64,000 bases of DNA from an uncultured Acidobacteriota bacterium. GTDB lineage: Bacteria > Acidobacteriota > Vicinamibacteria > Vicinamibacterales > UBA2999. The notes below the pieces were generated by a model. The model saw only the letters and a list, made by a program, of their open reading frames with translations. It was not told the DNA's origin and did not search any database. The stretch is from contig CAWAYR010000022.1 of the NCBI GenBank assembly GCA_963786365.1, positions 453,435 to 517,434 of the forward strand, read 5' to 3'. Below, one piece after another: positions 21,353 to 32,697 of the stretch (positions are counted from its first letter, which is position 1; every line of letters begins with the position of its first letter). Position numbers and translations under genes: made by a program.

Positions 21353-21605
21353 CAGCGAACCTCCAACACCGGCAGGGGAACTCGGCAGGACCAAGGACGA
21401 AACGGATTTCAGGGGCTTCGCGAGCGGAGGGGCCGCGTGCCGTACCGAGCTGCGCCCGACGGCTGCAAGGCACGCGCCTCGAACGGGGGAACGTGTTCTC
21501 AGTGACTTACGGGCGCACGGCGCAGATCGTCGACACAAAATCGTGATCGCACCCACGAACTGCGACGTGATCCGTAATCGCGGTGCCGCCGGTATACTTC
21601 GCGCA

Positions 21606-22190
21606 ATGTTTACGCGTCTGAGCGCTTCTTACACGGCGACTGTAGTCATCGCAGTCACGGCAGCCGTTTCGGCACAAGCGCCACTGGCGCAGCTCACGGT
21701 GACCAGCCCCACGCTCGTCGCCGGCCAGCCGGTGCCGCGCCAGCACACCGCCGATGGAGAGAACATCTCGCCCGCGATCCAGTGGAGCGGCGCTCCGGCG
21801 ACGGCGAAGTCGTTCGCGCTCGTCTGCGATGATCCCGACGTGCCGATTCCCGGAGGCTTCGTCCATTGGGTGGTCTACAACATCCCGTCGACGGCGACCG
21901 GCGTGCCCGAGAATCTGCCAATCGATCCGTCAGCGCCGTTGCCGGCGTCGATCGCGGGCGCGGTGCAAGGGCTCTCTGGATTCAAGCGTCCGATCTATCG
22001 CGGGCCGGCGCCGCCCCCGGGCAAGCCGCATCACTATCACTTCACGGTCTACGCGCTCGACGTCACCGGCTTGCCCACCGGACTCACCAAAGCACAGCTC
22101 GTCGAAGCGATGCAGGGCCACATCGTCGGCCAGGGCGAGCTGGTCGCGATCTACGAGCGCAAGCCCCCGACTCCCCCGCTCGCATGGTGA
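21606..22190 (+). CDS. YbhB/YbcL-family PEBP-like protein with signal peptide
   Basis: 'CDDPDVPIPGGFVHWVVYNIP' and 'GPAPPPGKPHHYHFTVYALD' are PEBP signatures. Probable start 'MFTRLSASYTATVVIAV'. Confidence 0.8.
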   Translation: MFTRLSASYTATVVIAVTAAVSAQAPLAQLTVTSPTLVAGQPVPRQHTADGENISPAIQWSGAPATAKSFALVCDDPDVPIPGGFVHWVVYNIPSTATGVPENLPIDPSAPLPASIAGAVQGLSGFKRPIYRGPAPPPGKPHHYHFTVYALDVTGLPTGLTKAQLVEAMQGHIVGQGELVAIYERKPPTPPLAW

Positions 22191-22197
22191 GGACGCC

Positions 22198-22885
22198 ATG
22201 GCCGACGGTCCGCTGACCAGACGGGATCTGCTGAAGTTCGCCGGCGTCGTCGGCGCGGCCGCGGCGGCCGCGCCAGCTGGCGGCAGCCGCGCAGCCGCGC
22301 CGGGCCAGGCCCACTCGCGAGCCGCTTCGCGCCCTGACCGCCCACGAAGCCGACGTGCTCGATCGCATCGCCGAGCTGCTCATCCCGTCGGACGAGCACG
22401 GGCCCGGAGCCACCGAGGCGATGGCGGTGCGCTACATCGATCGCGCCCTGGCCGGCGCCCTCCAGGACCAGCGCGAGGCCTATCGCGTTGGCCTCACCGC
22501 GCTGGAGCGCTATGCGCGCGAGACGCGCGGTGCGCCGTTCCTCCAGCTCACGGAAACCCGGCAGATCTCGCTCCTCATCGACGTCGAGAGCGGCACCGCC
22601 ACCGGCGCCAACACCGGCTTCGCTGGCAGTTCCGCGCAGTTCTTCGCGCTGGTGCGCGGGCACGTCATGCAGGGCACGTTCGGCGATCCGCACTACGGCG
22701 GCAACGAGGGCTTCGTCGGCTGGGATCTGCTCGGCTTCCCCGGCGTGCGGACCGTGGTCACGCCGGCCGAACAGAAGCTGCTCTCACCGCCGACGCGGGT
22801 CCGGCGGTCGGCCTACGAGAATCCGATGTTCAACAAGGCCATCGTCGACATGAAGCCGGCCGGGAGCGACCGCGATGCCGACTAA
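22198..22885 (+). pseudogene. Gluconate 2-dehydrogenase subunit-3-family protein (Tat signal), frame break near 22315
   Basis: 'MADGPLTRRDLLKFAGVVGAAAAAAP' is a twin-arginine signal. It continues in ORF 22355..22885 as 'LDRIAELLIPSDEHGPGATEA...GTFGDPHYGGNEGFVGW'. Confidence 0.7.
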
Positions 22886-24579
22886 CCTGCCGGGCACCGA
22901 CGTCGTGGTCATCGGGCTCGGCGCCGCCGGCGGCGTGGCGGTGCTGCCGCTGGCCGACGCCGGCCTCGACGTGGTCGGCCTCGAAGCCGGCACCTGGCTC
23001 ACCAACAAGGACTTCGCCCCCGACGAGATCCGCAACAACGTGCGCGACTGGCCGATGGCGGTGCAGAAGTGCAATCACGAGGTGCCGACGCATCGCCTGA
23101 ACGCGCAGGCCCCGACCACTCGTCCGCCCGGACACGTCATGATGAACGGGGTCGGCGGCACGACCCTGCACTACTGGGCGCAGAGCTGGCGACTGGCGCA
23201 TTGGGACTTCAAGGTCGTCAGCGAGACGGCGCGGCGCTACGGACGATCGCGGGTGCCGTCGGGATCGACGATCGAAGACTGGCCGTTCGGCTACGAGGAG
23301 CTCGAGCCGTACTACGACCGCGTCGAACACGAGATCGGCGTCTCGGGCCAGGCCGGCAACATCCTCGGCACGATCGACCGGCGCGGCAACATCTTCGAAG
23401 CGCCGCGCAGCACGGCCCTACCCGATGCCGCCGCTGCGCAGCACCGGCTACCTCGATCGCATGACCGGAGCGGCGAAGGCCCTCGGCTGGCACCCGTTCC
23501 CAGGACCGGCTGCCATCAACTCCGAGCGCTACCAGGACCGCATGGCGTGCATGTACCACGGCTTCTGCAATCGCGGCGGCTGCCACGTCGACGCCAAGAA
23601 CGGCCCGAACGTGACGACGATTCCCCGGGCACAGAAGACCGGGAAGCTGAAAGTCGTGACCGAAGCGCACGTCACGAAGATCGAAACCAACGAGCAGGGC
23701 AAAGTGACGGGGGTCACCTACGTCACCGGGCGCGAGGAGTTCTTCCAGCCGGCGAAGGCCGTGCTGCTCTCGACCTACACCTACGAGAACACGCGGCTGC
23801 TGCTGCTCTCGACGTCGAAGGCGTTCCCGAGAGGCCTGTCGAACAACCACGGCCAGGTCGGCCGGCACTACTTCTCGCACGCCACCGGTGCGGCGGTCAC
23901 GGCGCTGTTCCCCTTCAACCTGAACAGCTGGTACGGCCTGCCGGCGCAGGGCGTGGCAGTGGACAACTGGGCCGACGACAACTTCGACCACTCGGGCCTC
24001 GACTTCATCGGCGGCGGCAATCTCTGGGTCTACTCGGACCGGCGGCCGATCGGCGCCGCCAACATGAACACCTTCGGCCGCGCCCCGTCGTGGGGCAAGC
24101 AGTGGAAGGCGTTCGTCAAGGAGAACGCCGACCGGGTGAACACCGCCTACCTCCAGAAGACGACGCTGCCGTACGAAGACAACTATCTCGACCTCGACCC
24201 GGTGGTGAAGGATCCGCTCGGGTTCCCGGTCTGCCGCATCACCGCCGACTTCAAGGACAACGAGCGGCGGATCGCCGACTTCGTCCAGGAGAAGATGGAG
24301 CTCTGGTATCGGGCCGCGGGCGCGATCGACATCGTGCGCGGCCCGCTCGGCACGATGGGGCTGAACACGCACGCCTACGGCGGCACGCGCATGGGCGACG
24401 ACGCCGAGACCAACGTGGTCAACCGCTTCGGGTTCTCGCACGAAGTGCCGAACCTGGGCGTGCTGGGGGCGTCGGTGATGGGCACCAGCGGCGCCCACAA
24501 CCCGACGCTCACGGTGCAGGCGCTGGCGTGGCGCAGCGCCGAGCACCTCGTCAAGGAGTGGAAGACGATCGCGGAGTGA
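22875..24579 (+). pseudogene. GMC-family FAD oxidoreductase, frame break near 23415
   Basis: 'DVVVIGLGAAGGVAVLPLADAGLDVVGLEAG' (GxGxxG motif), and the C-terminus 'HAYGGTRMGDDAETNVVNRFGFSHEVPNLGVLGASVMGTSGAHNPTLT' in ORF 23425..24579. The start overlaps the preceding gene by 11 nt. Confidence 0.8.
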
Positions 24580-24585
24580 TGACCG

Positions 24586-25951
24586 TCACGGCCTGGTGAA
24601 TCCGGCCCGCAACGCGACGCGATCGAGGGCCTTGCCGCGCAGGTAGACCGCCGCGATCCGCTGCGTGTTGGCGATGTCATCGAGCGGGTTGGCGTCGAGC
24701 ACGACGAAGTCGGCGCTCTTGCCCGCCGCCACGTTGCCCAGGTCGTCGAGCTTCAGCAGCCGGGCCGGCGCGCTCGTGGAGGCGACGATCACCTGCGCAG
24801 GACTCATGCCCGCGCCGGCCATGGTCGCCATTTCGTAGTGCTCGGCCCAGCCGTGCCACGCGTTGGGAATGCCGGTGTCGCCGCCCAGCACGATGGTCAC
24901 GCCGGCGGCGGTCAGCCGGGCCAGGCTTTGCGCCATCCGGTCGTAGGTGGCGCGGGAGGTGGCGACGGCCTTCGCATCGCGGGCCCGCAGCGCCGCACGG
25001 TAGGCGGTGACGACCTCCGCCGGCACGGTTTCTGACAGACGCGCCGCACTCGAATCCGGCAGGTCAGTCAGCGTCGCGCGATGCGATCCGCCGATGTTGG
25101 CGGCCAGGAAGACGTTCTTCGCCTTCATGCGGGCGATGAGGGCGTCGTCCATCACCGCGTCGCGCACCGGGTGCAGGAAGCCGTCGATGCCGGCGTCCAC
25201 GAGCTCGTGCGCGTCCTTCAGGTAGTAGACGTGCGCCAGGGCCTGCAGCCCGCGCGCGTGTGCCTCCTCGATGACCGGGCGATACAGGTCGGGCGTGAGC
25301 TTCTTCACCCGGCCGCCGCGGTCGTCCACCCAGATTTTCACCGCCGCCGCGCCTTGCGCCGCCAGGTCGCGCACGTGCTGCCGGCCCTGCTCGGCGGTGG
25401 TGATCGGGAACGAGGTGTTGGCAATCGCCGGGAAGCCGGGGCCGCCGTCGGGTGTGGCCAGGCCGCGCCCGGCGGTCAGCAGCCGCGCGGCGTCCGGCGG
25501 CGGCTCGTCGCGCACCGCAAACGACACCGGGCCGACGTCGGTGCCGGCGGTGAGCACCGCGGCCAGGCCGTAGTACGCGTAGCGCTGCAGGTGCTCGACG
25601 ATCGTGTCGCGGGTGTAGACCTGCGGCCCGAAGTCGCTGCCGTCGAGGAGCCCGACGTGGATGTGGGCGCTGACGATCGCCGGGATCACCGTCTTGCCAC
25701 TCAGGTCGACGCGCCGACCGCCGGCCGGGAGCGTCGACCTCGCCCGTGCCGCCGACCCGGGCGATCCGCTCGCCCTCGACCAGGAACGCCGTATCCCGGC
25801 GCGCGGCGCCGGTCTCGCCGTCGATGAGGGTGGCGCCTTCGAACAGCACGGCGCCGCTGCCAGCGACGGACGCCGAGGGCGGAGCCTCCGGTGCCGGCCC
25901 GGAACAGGCGGCAGCGAGCAGGCCGACGGCGAGGAGCAACGACTGGCGCAT
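24586..25951 (-). pseudogene. Amidohydrolase-family lipoprotein, frame break near 25735
   Basis: 'MRQSLLLAVGLLAAAC' (lipobox), 'VIPAIVSAHIHVG' (HxH metal site), 'GGDTGIPN', 'ADFVVLDANPLDDI'. Confidence 0.75.
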
Positions 25952-26042
25952 GTGGCGGGCCTCCCTGGGGCACCAACACTAACAGGCCCGGCGCCCGTCG
26001 ACGCCACACGATGGATTCGCCGCGATGCGCCCAGCCGCGACG

Positions 26043-26939
26043 TCACCGTGTGGCGGTGAACCCGCGCTTGCCGAGGGCGTCGGCGAGTGCGCGCAGGCTC
26101 TCGTCGCACGCCGCCGTGAGCACGCGCTTCTGATTCAGCGACAGCGCCAGCGATCGGACGTTGGTATTGCGGCGCGACAGCGCGACGATCTCGGCGTTGA
26201 CGACGATGAAGCGGTCGAGGGCGGCTGTGGCGCCGGCCAGCCGCGGTCGCGATGCCGCGTCGACCAGCGAGGCGAGCGTCCCCAGTGCGGTGCGGGCGGC
26301 GGCCTCTGCGGCGGCCATCTCGGTCTCCATCCGCGCCATGGCCGCGTCGTCGGCCGCAGCGATGTGTGGCGCTTGCCGCACCTGAATCTCGCGGACGCCC
26401 AACACGGCGGCGGCAACCAACGCCTGAACCCGCCAGCGATCGGCAGCCGGGTCGGCGGGCGCGACGGCCGCGAGCCCGTCCCGGAACGCCTCGGCCGCGT
26501 CGCGAGCGGCGCCGAAGGACAGCCGCTGCGCCTTCAGGTTGGTACCCTCCGCCGCCATTCGCAGGATGTCCCGATCGAGCGCGCGATACTCGGCGAACCG
26601 ACCGCGGAACTCCTCGAGCAGGCGCGCCTCGTCGGCGTAGCGGAGCGCGGCCAGCAGCGGCGCCAGGGCGTCGGCGTCTTGCTCGACCGCCTGCGACCGC
26701 TGCTCGGCCTCGCGCGCGAACGCCGTGGACGTGGTGTCGGAGTCGGCCATCACCGCCCGGTTCGCGGCGTCGGCGGCCTGGGAGAACTGCACGCGCAGCT
26801 GCGCCGCCAGCCGCCGCCCCTCCATCAGCCGCGCCAACGAGGTGTCGGCGCTACAGCCCACGACGGCGATGAGCACACCCGTGGCGATCAGCGTCCCGGT
26901 GGGCCTGGCGAGCGCCTGTGCCACTTGCCTGGACCTCAT
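26043..26939 (-). CDS. Four-helix-bundle (4HB_MCP-like) lipoprotein, last gene of the kdp cluster
   Basis: 'MRSRQVAQALARPTGTLIATGVLIAVVGCSAD', then about 270 aa of long Ala/Arg/Glu-rich helices ('TNLKAQRLSFGAARDAAEAF', 'ALSRRNTNVRSLALSLNQKR'). The start lies 3 nt after the stop of the KdpD-N gene. Confidence 0.55.
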   Translation of the reverse strand: MRSRQVAQALARPTGTLIATGVLIAVVGCSADTSLARLMEGRRLAAQLRVQFSQAADAANRAVMADSDTTSTAFAREAEQRSQAVEQDADALAPLLAALRYADEARLLEEFRGRFAEYRALDRDILRMAAEGTNLKAQRLSFGAARDAAEAFRDGLAAVAPADPAADRWRVQALVAAAVLGVREIQVRQAPHIAAADDAAMARMETEMAAAEAAARTALGTLASLVDAASRPRLAGATAALDRFIVVNAEIVALSRRNTNVRSLALSLNQKRVLTAACDESLRALADALGKRGFTATR

Positions 26940-26941
26940 GG

Positions 26942-28082
26942 TCACGCCTCGGCCAGCGGCACGACCTGCACCGCGGCATCGGGCACCGCGCTCAGGAAGC
27001 GGTCGAGTGTCGATCCGCGCCAGACGAGCTCCCAGCGTGAGCGCGCCGACTGCCCGAAGATCACGTGCGTCACGCCTTCGCGCTGGGCGAAGGCGATGAG
27101 GCCGTCGGCCGGGCGGGCGGCCCGGACCCGCACCACCGTCGCGCCCAGGCTCTCGGCCAGCCGGATGTTCTGCTGGAGCGCTTCGGCGTCCTGGCTCCGG
27201 ATCCGATCTGGCGTCTCGTGCGGGGTCTCGACGTAGACCGCGTACCACTTCGAGCCCAGGCGGCCGGCGATGCGGGCGCCGGTGCGGAGCACGCGCGGCG
27301 CCAGCGCGTTGGAGCTCATGCAGACCATCACCCGCTCGGGGATCAGCGCCGGCTCGAGACCCTCGCGGGCCCGGTAGGTGGCGGCCTTTTCGCCGACTTC
27401 GTCGGCGACGGCGCGCAGCGCCAGCTCCCGGAGCGTCGAGAGGTTGCCCTTGCGGAAGAAGTTGCCGAGCGCCTGCTCGACCTTCTCGGGCCGGTAAATC
27501 TTGCCTTCGCGCAGCCGGCTGCGCAGCTCCTCGACGGTCACGTCGACGTTGATGACCTCGTCGGCGCGATCGAGGAACGTATCGGGCACGGTCTCGCGGA
27601 CGCGAACGCCGGTGGCGCGGGCGACGGCGTCGTTCAGCGTCTCCAGGTGCTGGATGTTGACCGCCGTCATCACGTGGATACCGGCGGCGAGCAGTTCGAG
27701 CACGTCCTCGTAGCGCTTGGCGTTGCGGCTGCCCGGCGCGTTGGAGTGGGCCAGCTCGTCGACGACGCAGACCTGGGGCTTCCGGCGGATGATGCCGTCG
27801 ACGTCCATCTCGTCGATGGTCACGCCGCGGTAGGCCACGGCGCGTCGCGGCACGAGTCTCCAGGTCCTTGATCTGCGCCTCGGTGTCCTTGCGGCCGTAG
27901 GTCTCGACCATGCCGATGACCACATCGAGCCCGCGCGCCTTGAGCGCGTGGGCCTCCTGCAGCATCTCGTAGGTCTTGCCGACGCCCGGCGCCGCGCCGA
28001 TGTAGACGCGGAGCCGGGCCCGCTCCTGCTCCTTGATGCGCGCCAGCAGGGCGTCGGCCGTCGGGCGCTGCTCGGTGGTCAT
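26942..28082 (-). pseudogene. Stand-alone KdpD N-terminal sensor module (KdpD domain + USP domain, no TM or kinase part), frame break near 27860
   Basis: '[21 protein letters not shown]', 'VVDELAHSNAPGSRNAKRYEDVLELLAAGIHVMTAVNIQHLETLND', 'FFRKGNLSTLRELALR', 'WYAVYVETP'. It ends 'QVVPLAEA', exactly where full-length KdpD would enter the membrane. Confidence 0.85.
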
Positions 28083-28094
28083 GGCGGCACGTGA

Positions 28095-30142
28095 CTAGGC
28101 CAGGCCGACCGCCACGAGGACGAGGTCGATGGCCTTGATGCCGATAAACGGCAGCAGCACGCCGCCGACGCCGTAGATCAGCAGGTTGCGGCGGAGCACG
28201 GCGGCGGCCCCGAGCGGCTGGTAGGGGATGCCGCGCAGCGCCAGCGGGAATGAGCGCGATGATGATCACGGCGTTGAAGATCACCGCCGACAGGATCGCC
28301 GATTCCGGCGTCGCCAGCCGCATCACGTTGAGGACGCCGAGCTGCGGAAACGCCAGGATGAACATCGCCGGGATGATGGCGAAGTACTTGGCGACGTCGT
28401 TGGCGATCGAGAAGGTGGTCAGCGCGCCGCGGGTCATCAGCAGCTGCTTGCCAATCTCGACGATCTCGATGAGCTTGGTCGGGTTCGAGTCGAGGTCGAC
28501 CATGTTGCCGGCTTCCTTGGCCGCCGTCGTGCCGGTGTTCATCGCCACGCCGACGTCGGCCTGGGCCAGCGCCGGCGCGTCGTTGGTGCCGTCGCCGGTC
28601 ATCGCCACCAGCTTGCCCTCGCCCTGCTCGCGCTTGATGAGGCGCATCTTGTCCTCGGGCGTCGCCTGGGCCAGGAAGTCGTCGACGCCGGCCTCGTGGG
28701 CGATGGCGGCGGCGGTCATCGGATTGTCGCCGGTGATCATCACCGTGCGGATGCCCATCGCCCGCATCGCGGCGAAGCGCTGCCGCATGCCGCCTTTGAC
28801 GATGTCCTTCAGGTGGATGACGCCGAGGGCGCGGGTGCGCTCGGCGACGACCAGCGGCGTGCCGCCGGCCTGCTGGCGATCCGCTCGACGGTGGCCTGCA
28901 GGTCGGCCGGCACGGTGCCGCCGTTGCCGCGCACGTAGGCGGCGATGGCTTCGGCGGCGCCCTTGCGGATCTCCCGTCCGTCGAGGTTCACCCCCGACAT
29001 CCGCGTCTGCGCGGTGAAGGGGACGAAGGCCGTCGTCCTTGTCGGCGAGCTCGCGGCCGCGAATCTTGTACTTCTCCTTGGCCAGGACGACGATGGAGCG
29101 GCCCTCGGGCGTCTCGTCGGCCAGCGACGCCAGCTGGGCCGCGTCGGCGAGCTCGGCGTCGGTCACGCCGGCCGCCGGCAGGAACTCGGTGGCCTGGCGG
29201 TTGCCCAGCGTGATCGTGCCGGTCTTGTCGAGCAGCAGCGTGTTGACGTCGCCGGCCGCCTCCACCGCCCGGCCCGACATCGCCAGCACGTTGTGCTGCA
29301 CCAGGCGGTCCATGCCGGCGATGCCGATGGCCGAGATGAGCGCGCCGATCGTCGTCGGGATGAGACAGACGAGCAGCGCGATCAGCACGGGAATCGGAAT
29401 CTCGGTGCCGGCGTAGTGCGCAAACGGCGGCAGCGTGACCACGACGAGCAGGAAGATCAGCGTCAGCACCGCCAGCAGGATGTTCAGGGCGATCTCGTTG
29501 GGCGTCTTCTGACGCTCGGCGCCCTCGACCAGGGCGATCATCCGGTCGAGGAACGTGTGGCCGGGGTCGGAGGTGACGCGCACCACGATCCAGTCGGAGA
29601 TGACGCGCGTGCCGCCGGTGACCGCCGAGCGGTCGCCGCCGGATTCGCGGATGACCGGCGCCGATTCGCCGGTGATCGCCGACTCGTCCACCGAGGCGAC
29701 GCCCTCGATGATCTCGCCGTCGGCGGGGATGAACTCGCCGGCGACGACCCGGACCACGTCGTCCTTGCGCAGCGTCGCCGCCGGCACCGTGTTCGAGGCT
29801 GCCGTCGGCCCGGCGCCGATTGGCCACCGTCTCGGTGCGCGTCTTGCGCAGGGTGTCGGCCTGCGCCTTGCCGCGGCCCTCGGCCATCGCCTCGGCGAAG
29901 TTGGCGAAGAGCACCGTGAACCAGAGCCAGAACGCCACCTGGCCGGTGAAGAGCGGCTGCCCGGTGCCGGTCAGCAGCTCCTGCAGGAAGACCACGGTCG
30001 TCAGCAGGCTGCCGACCTCGACGATGAACATCACCGGGTTCTTGACCTGGACGCGCGGGTCCAGCTTCGTCACGGCGTCCACCGACGCCTGTCGGACGAT
30101 CGCGGGATCCCAGAGCGAGATGGTGCGGGCACGGTCGGACAT
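28095..30142 (-). pseudogene. kdpB: K+-transporting P-type ATPase subunit B, four frame breaks (~29795, ~29015, ~28870, ~28260)
   Basis: '[16 protein letters not shown]', '[16 protein letters not shown]', '[14 protein letters not shown]', '[23 protein letters not shown]'. The C-terminus '[15 protein letters not shown]' is recovered in another frame. Confidence 0.9.
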
Positions 30143-30153
30143 GGGTTCCTCGA

Positions 30154-30752
30154 CTAGTGGTCTGCCGCGGGCACGGCGGTGCCGAACGCGGCATCGAGCG
30201 CGAGATTCAGCTCGAGCACGTTGACGCGGGCCCGGCCCGAGCAGGCCCAGCGTCGGCGGCTCGGTGTGCGCCTGCGATGAGCTCGCGCACGCGGTCCAAC
30301 GCGACGCCGCGAGCCGCGGCGACCCGGCGGGCCTGCAGGTCGGCGGCGCGCCGGCGGGATGTGCGGGTCCAGGCCGGAGCCGCTCGCGGTGACCATCTCC
30401 GACGGCACCTGCGCCGGCCGCCACGCCTTCCTGCGTCGGTCGGCGGCGTCGAGCCGCTCCTGCACGGCCTTCAGGTGGTCGGGGTTCGACGGTCCGTAGT
30501 TGGTGCCGCCCGTCGACGCCGCGTTGTAGTCGACGCCCGACGGCCGCGGCTGGAAGTACTCGGCCCGGGTGAACTTCTGGGCGATGAGCCGCGAGCCGAC
30601 CACCGTGCCGTCGGCGGAGCGGATGAGGCTGCCTTCGGCCTGCGCCGGGAACGCCACCCGCCCGATCGCCCACACCACGCCGTGGTAGGCGCCGCCGCAG
30701 AGCGGCAGCGTGATCAGGGTGAACAACAGCGCCTGCCGGATCTCCTTGCCAT
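30154..30752 (-). pseudogene. kdpC: K+-transporting ATPase subunit C, about three frame breaks
   Basis: '[10 protein letters not shown]', '[20 protein letters not shown]', '[12 protein letters not shown]', '[12 protein letters not shown]'. The ATG at 30752 is out of frame with the body (break within the first codons). Further breaks lie at ~30375 and ~30245. Confidence 0.85.
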
Positions 30753-30786
30753 GTTCGATGTGCTTTCAACTCTGCTGACGGCCGCG

Positions 30787-32503
30787 TCAGCCAGCGAGCG
30801 CCAGGTGCTCGGCGATCGGCCCCAGCACCGCGACCGGCATGAACATCAGCAGGCCGAGGATGACGATCACGGCCCACAGCGTGACGCCGAACGTGGCGCT
30901 GTCGGCGCGCAGCGTGCCGGCCGTCTCGGGCGCCGCCGGCTTGGCCGCCAGCGACCCCGCCAGCGCCAGCGGCGCGATGATCGGGATGTAGCGCGAGAGC
31001 AGCATCACCAGCCCGGTCGCGATGTTCCAGAACGGGGTGTTGTCGCCCAGCCCCTCGAACCCCGAGCCGTTGTTGGCGGCCGACGAGGTGAACTCGTAGA
31101 GCATCTCGGAGAAGCCGTGCGGCCCCGGATTCTTCAGCCAGGCCAGCGCCGTGCCCGGATCGGCGGTGGTCGCCCAGACGTAGCAGGCGACGGACGTGCC
31201 GACCAGGATGGCCAGCGGGTGCCACAGCAGCGCCAGGCTGGCCAGCTTCATCTCGCGGGCCTCGACCTTCTTGCCGAGGAACTCCGGGGTGCGGCCGATC
31301 ATCATGCCGGCGATGAACACCGCGACGACGATGAAGATCAGCATGTTGATGAAGCCGACGCCGACGCCGCCGAAGATGTTGTTCAGCCACATGCCGATGA
31401 GCGGCACCAGGCCGCCGAGCGGCGTCAGCGAGTCGTGCATCGCGTTGACCGAGCCGTTCGACGTCACCGTGGTCGTCACCGCCCAGAGCGCCGACAGGCC
31501 GGCGCCGAGCCGGACCTCCTTGCCCTCCATCGAGCCCGTCGTCTGATCGACGCCCATGGCGGCGATGGCCGGGTTGCCGCCGAACTCCTGGCCGACGGCG
31601 AAGGCGACCAGCGGCAGGTAGAGGGCGAGCATGGTGGCGAAGACGACCACGGCCAGCCGGCGCCGATTCAGCATGTGGCCGAGCGTCCAGACCATCGCCA
31701 TCGGGATGATCGCTGATCGACCAGGTCTCGACGAAGTTGCTCAGCGGCGTCGGATTCTCGAAGGGATGCGCCGAGTTCGGGCCGAAGTAGCCGCCGCCGT
31801 TGGTGCCGAGCTGCTTGATGGCCACCTCCGGCGCCGCGACACCGCGGGCGATGAGCCTGCTCGCCGCCCTCGAGCGTCGTGGCGTGCGCCGCGCCTTCGA
31901 ACGTCATCGGCGTGCCCTGCCACAGGATCACGGTGGCCACGACCAGCGCGAGCGGCAGCAGCACGCGGACCGTCGCCCGCGTGCAGTCGACGTAGAAGTT
32001 GCCGAGCGTGGTCGAGCCGGTTGCCGCCCAGGCCGCGGATCGTGGCGATGCACGCCGCCATGCCGGTGGCCGCGGTGACGAACTGCAGGAAGGTGATCAC
32101 GAACATCTGCGAGAGGTACGACAGCCCGGTCTCGCCGCTGTAGTGCTGGAGGTTGGTGTTGGTCACGAAGCTGGAGATGGTGTTGAAGGCGAGCGTCGGC
32201 TCCATGCCGGGCGATGCCGTCGGGGTTCAGCGGCAGCACGCCTTGCAGCGAGACGATCGCGAACGTGACCAGCCACATCACCACGTTCGACACCAGCAGC
32301 GAGACGGCGTACTGCTTCCAGTCCTGCTGGTCGCCGGCGCCGACGCCGACGACGCGCAGGACCAGCCGCTCGATCGGCACGAACGCCGGATCGAGCAGCG
32401 TGCGCTCGCCGGTGAAGACCTTGCACATGTACTGGCCGACGGCCAGACTCGTCACGATGGTGAACGCCAGCGTGACGACGACGGCGGCGATCTCGGTGGC
32501 CAT
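30787..32503 (-). pseudogene. kdpA: K+-transporting ATPase subunit A, four frame breaks (~32210, ~32035, ~31860, ~31715)
   Basis: '[30 protein letters not shown]', '[25 protein letters not shown]', '[20 protein letters not shown]', '[26 protein letters not shown]', spread over ORFs 31928..32731, 31741..32205, 31668..31964, 28988..31825 and 30787..31701. Confidence 0.9.
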
Positions 32504-32513
32504 CGACCGCGCC

Positions 32514-32595
32514 TCAGAAATTCTCCGGCCGCAGCATCGCGTACACGCAGGTACACGAACGCGGCCACGCTCAACAGCAACGACAGCTCGGTCAT
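32514..32595 (-). pseudogene. kdpF: K+-transporting ATPase subunit F (small peptide), one extra base near 32545
   Basis: ATG at 32595 gives 'MTELSLLLSVAAFVYL'. After a 1-nt slip the frame reads 'VYAMLRPENF*', matching the conserved KdpF C-terminus (..YL.YAL.RPE.F). Confidence 0.7.
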
Positions 32596-32689
32596 GACGG
32601 CACCTGAGCGACCTCGGTCGCACAAGGACGACGAAGGCGAACATGGCGGCGAATGCCGCCACGCCGAGGACGATCATCCCGAGCAGCAT
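32592..32689 (-). CDS. Candidate second small hydrophobic peptide between the porin and kdpF
   Basis: ATG at 32689 lies 9 nt after the porin stop, with GAGG 8 nt upstream. 'MLLGMIVLGVAAFAAMFAFVVLV' forms one TM helix. The 3' end is undefined because the frame runs on into kdpA; a TGA overlapping the kdpF ATG exists in another frame. Confidence 0.25.
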
Positions 32690-32697
32690 CGCAACCT

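Noticed and set aside
28470-28500. tRNA-like T-loop string 'gggttcgagtc' (and 'cgttcgaac' near 13385)
   Set aside because: The first lies inside the kdpB coding sequence and the second inside the fragmented lipoprotein region. Neither has flanking acceptor or anticodon stems. I found no tRNA, rRNA or tmRNA candidates.
28988-31825. 945-aa minus-strand ORF spanning kdpA, kdpC and kdpB
   Set aside because: It is also a chimera. It is in the correct frame only for short segments of kdpA ('[12 protein letters not shown]'), kdpC and the kdpB N-terminus. The rest is out-of-frame read-through.
28095-32595. kdpF-A-C-B order as a misassembly artefact
   Set aside because: I cannot exclude it without reads. 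However, the junctions kdpA/kdpC (34-nt spacer) and kdpC/kdpB (11-nt spacer with an SD-like GAGGAA) look like normal operon junctions, so it is kept as an observation rather than dismissed.
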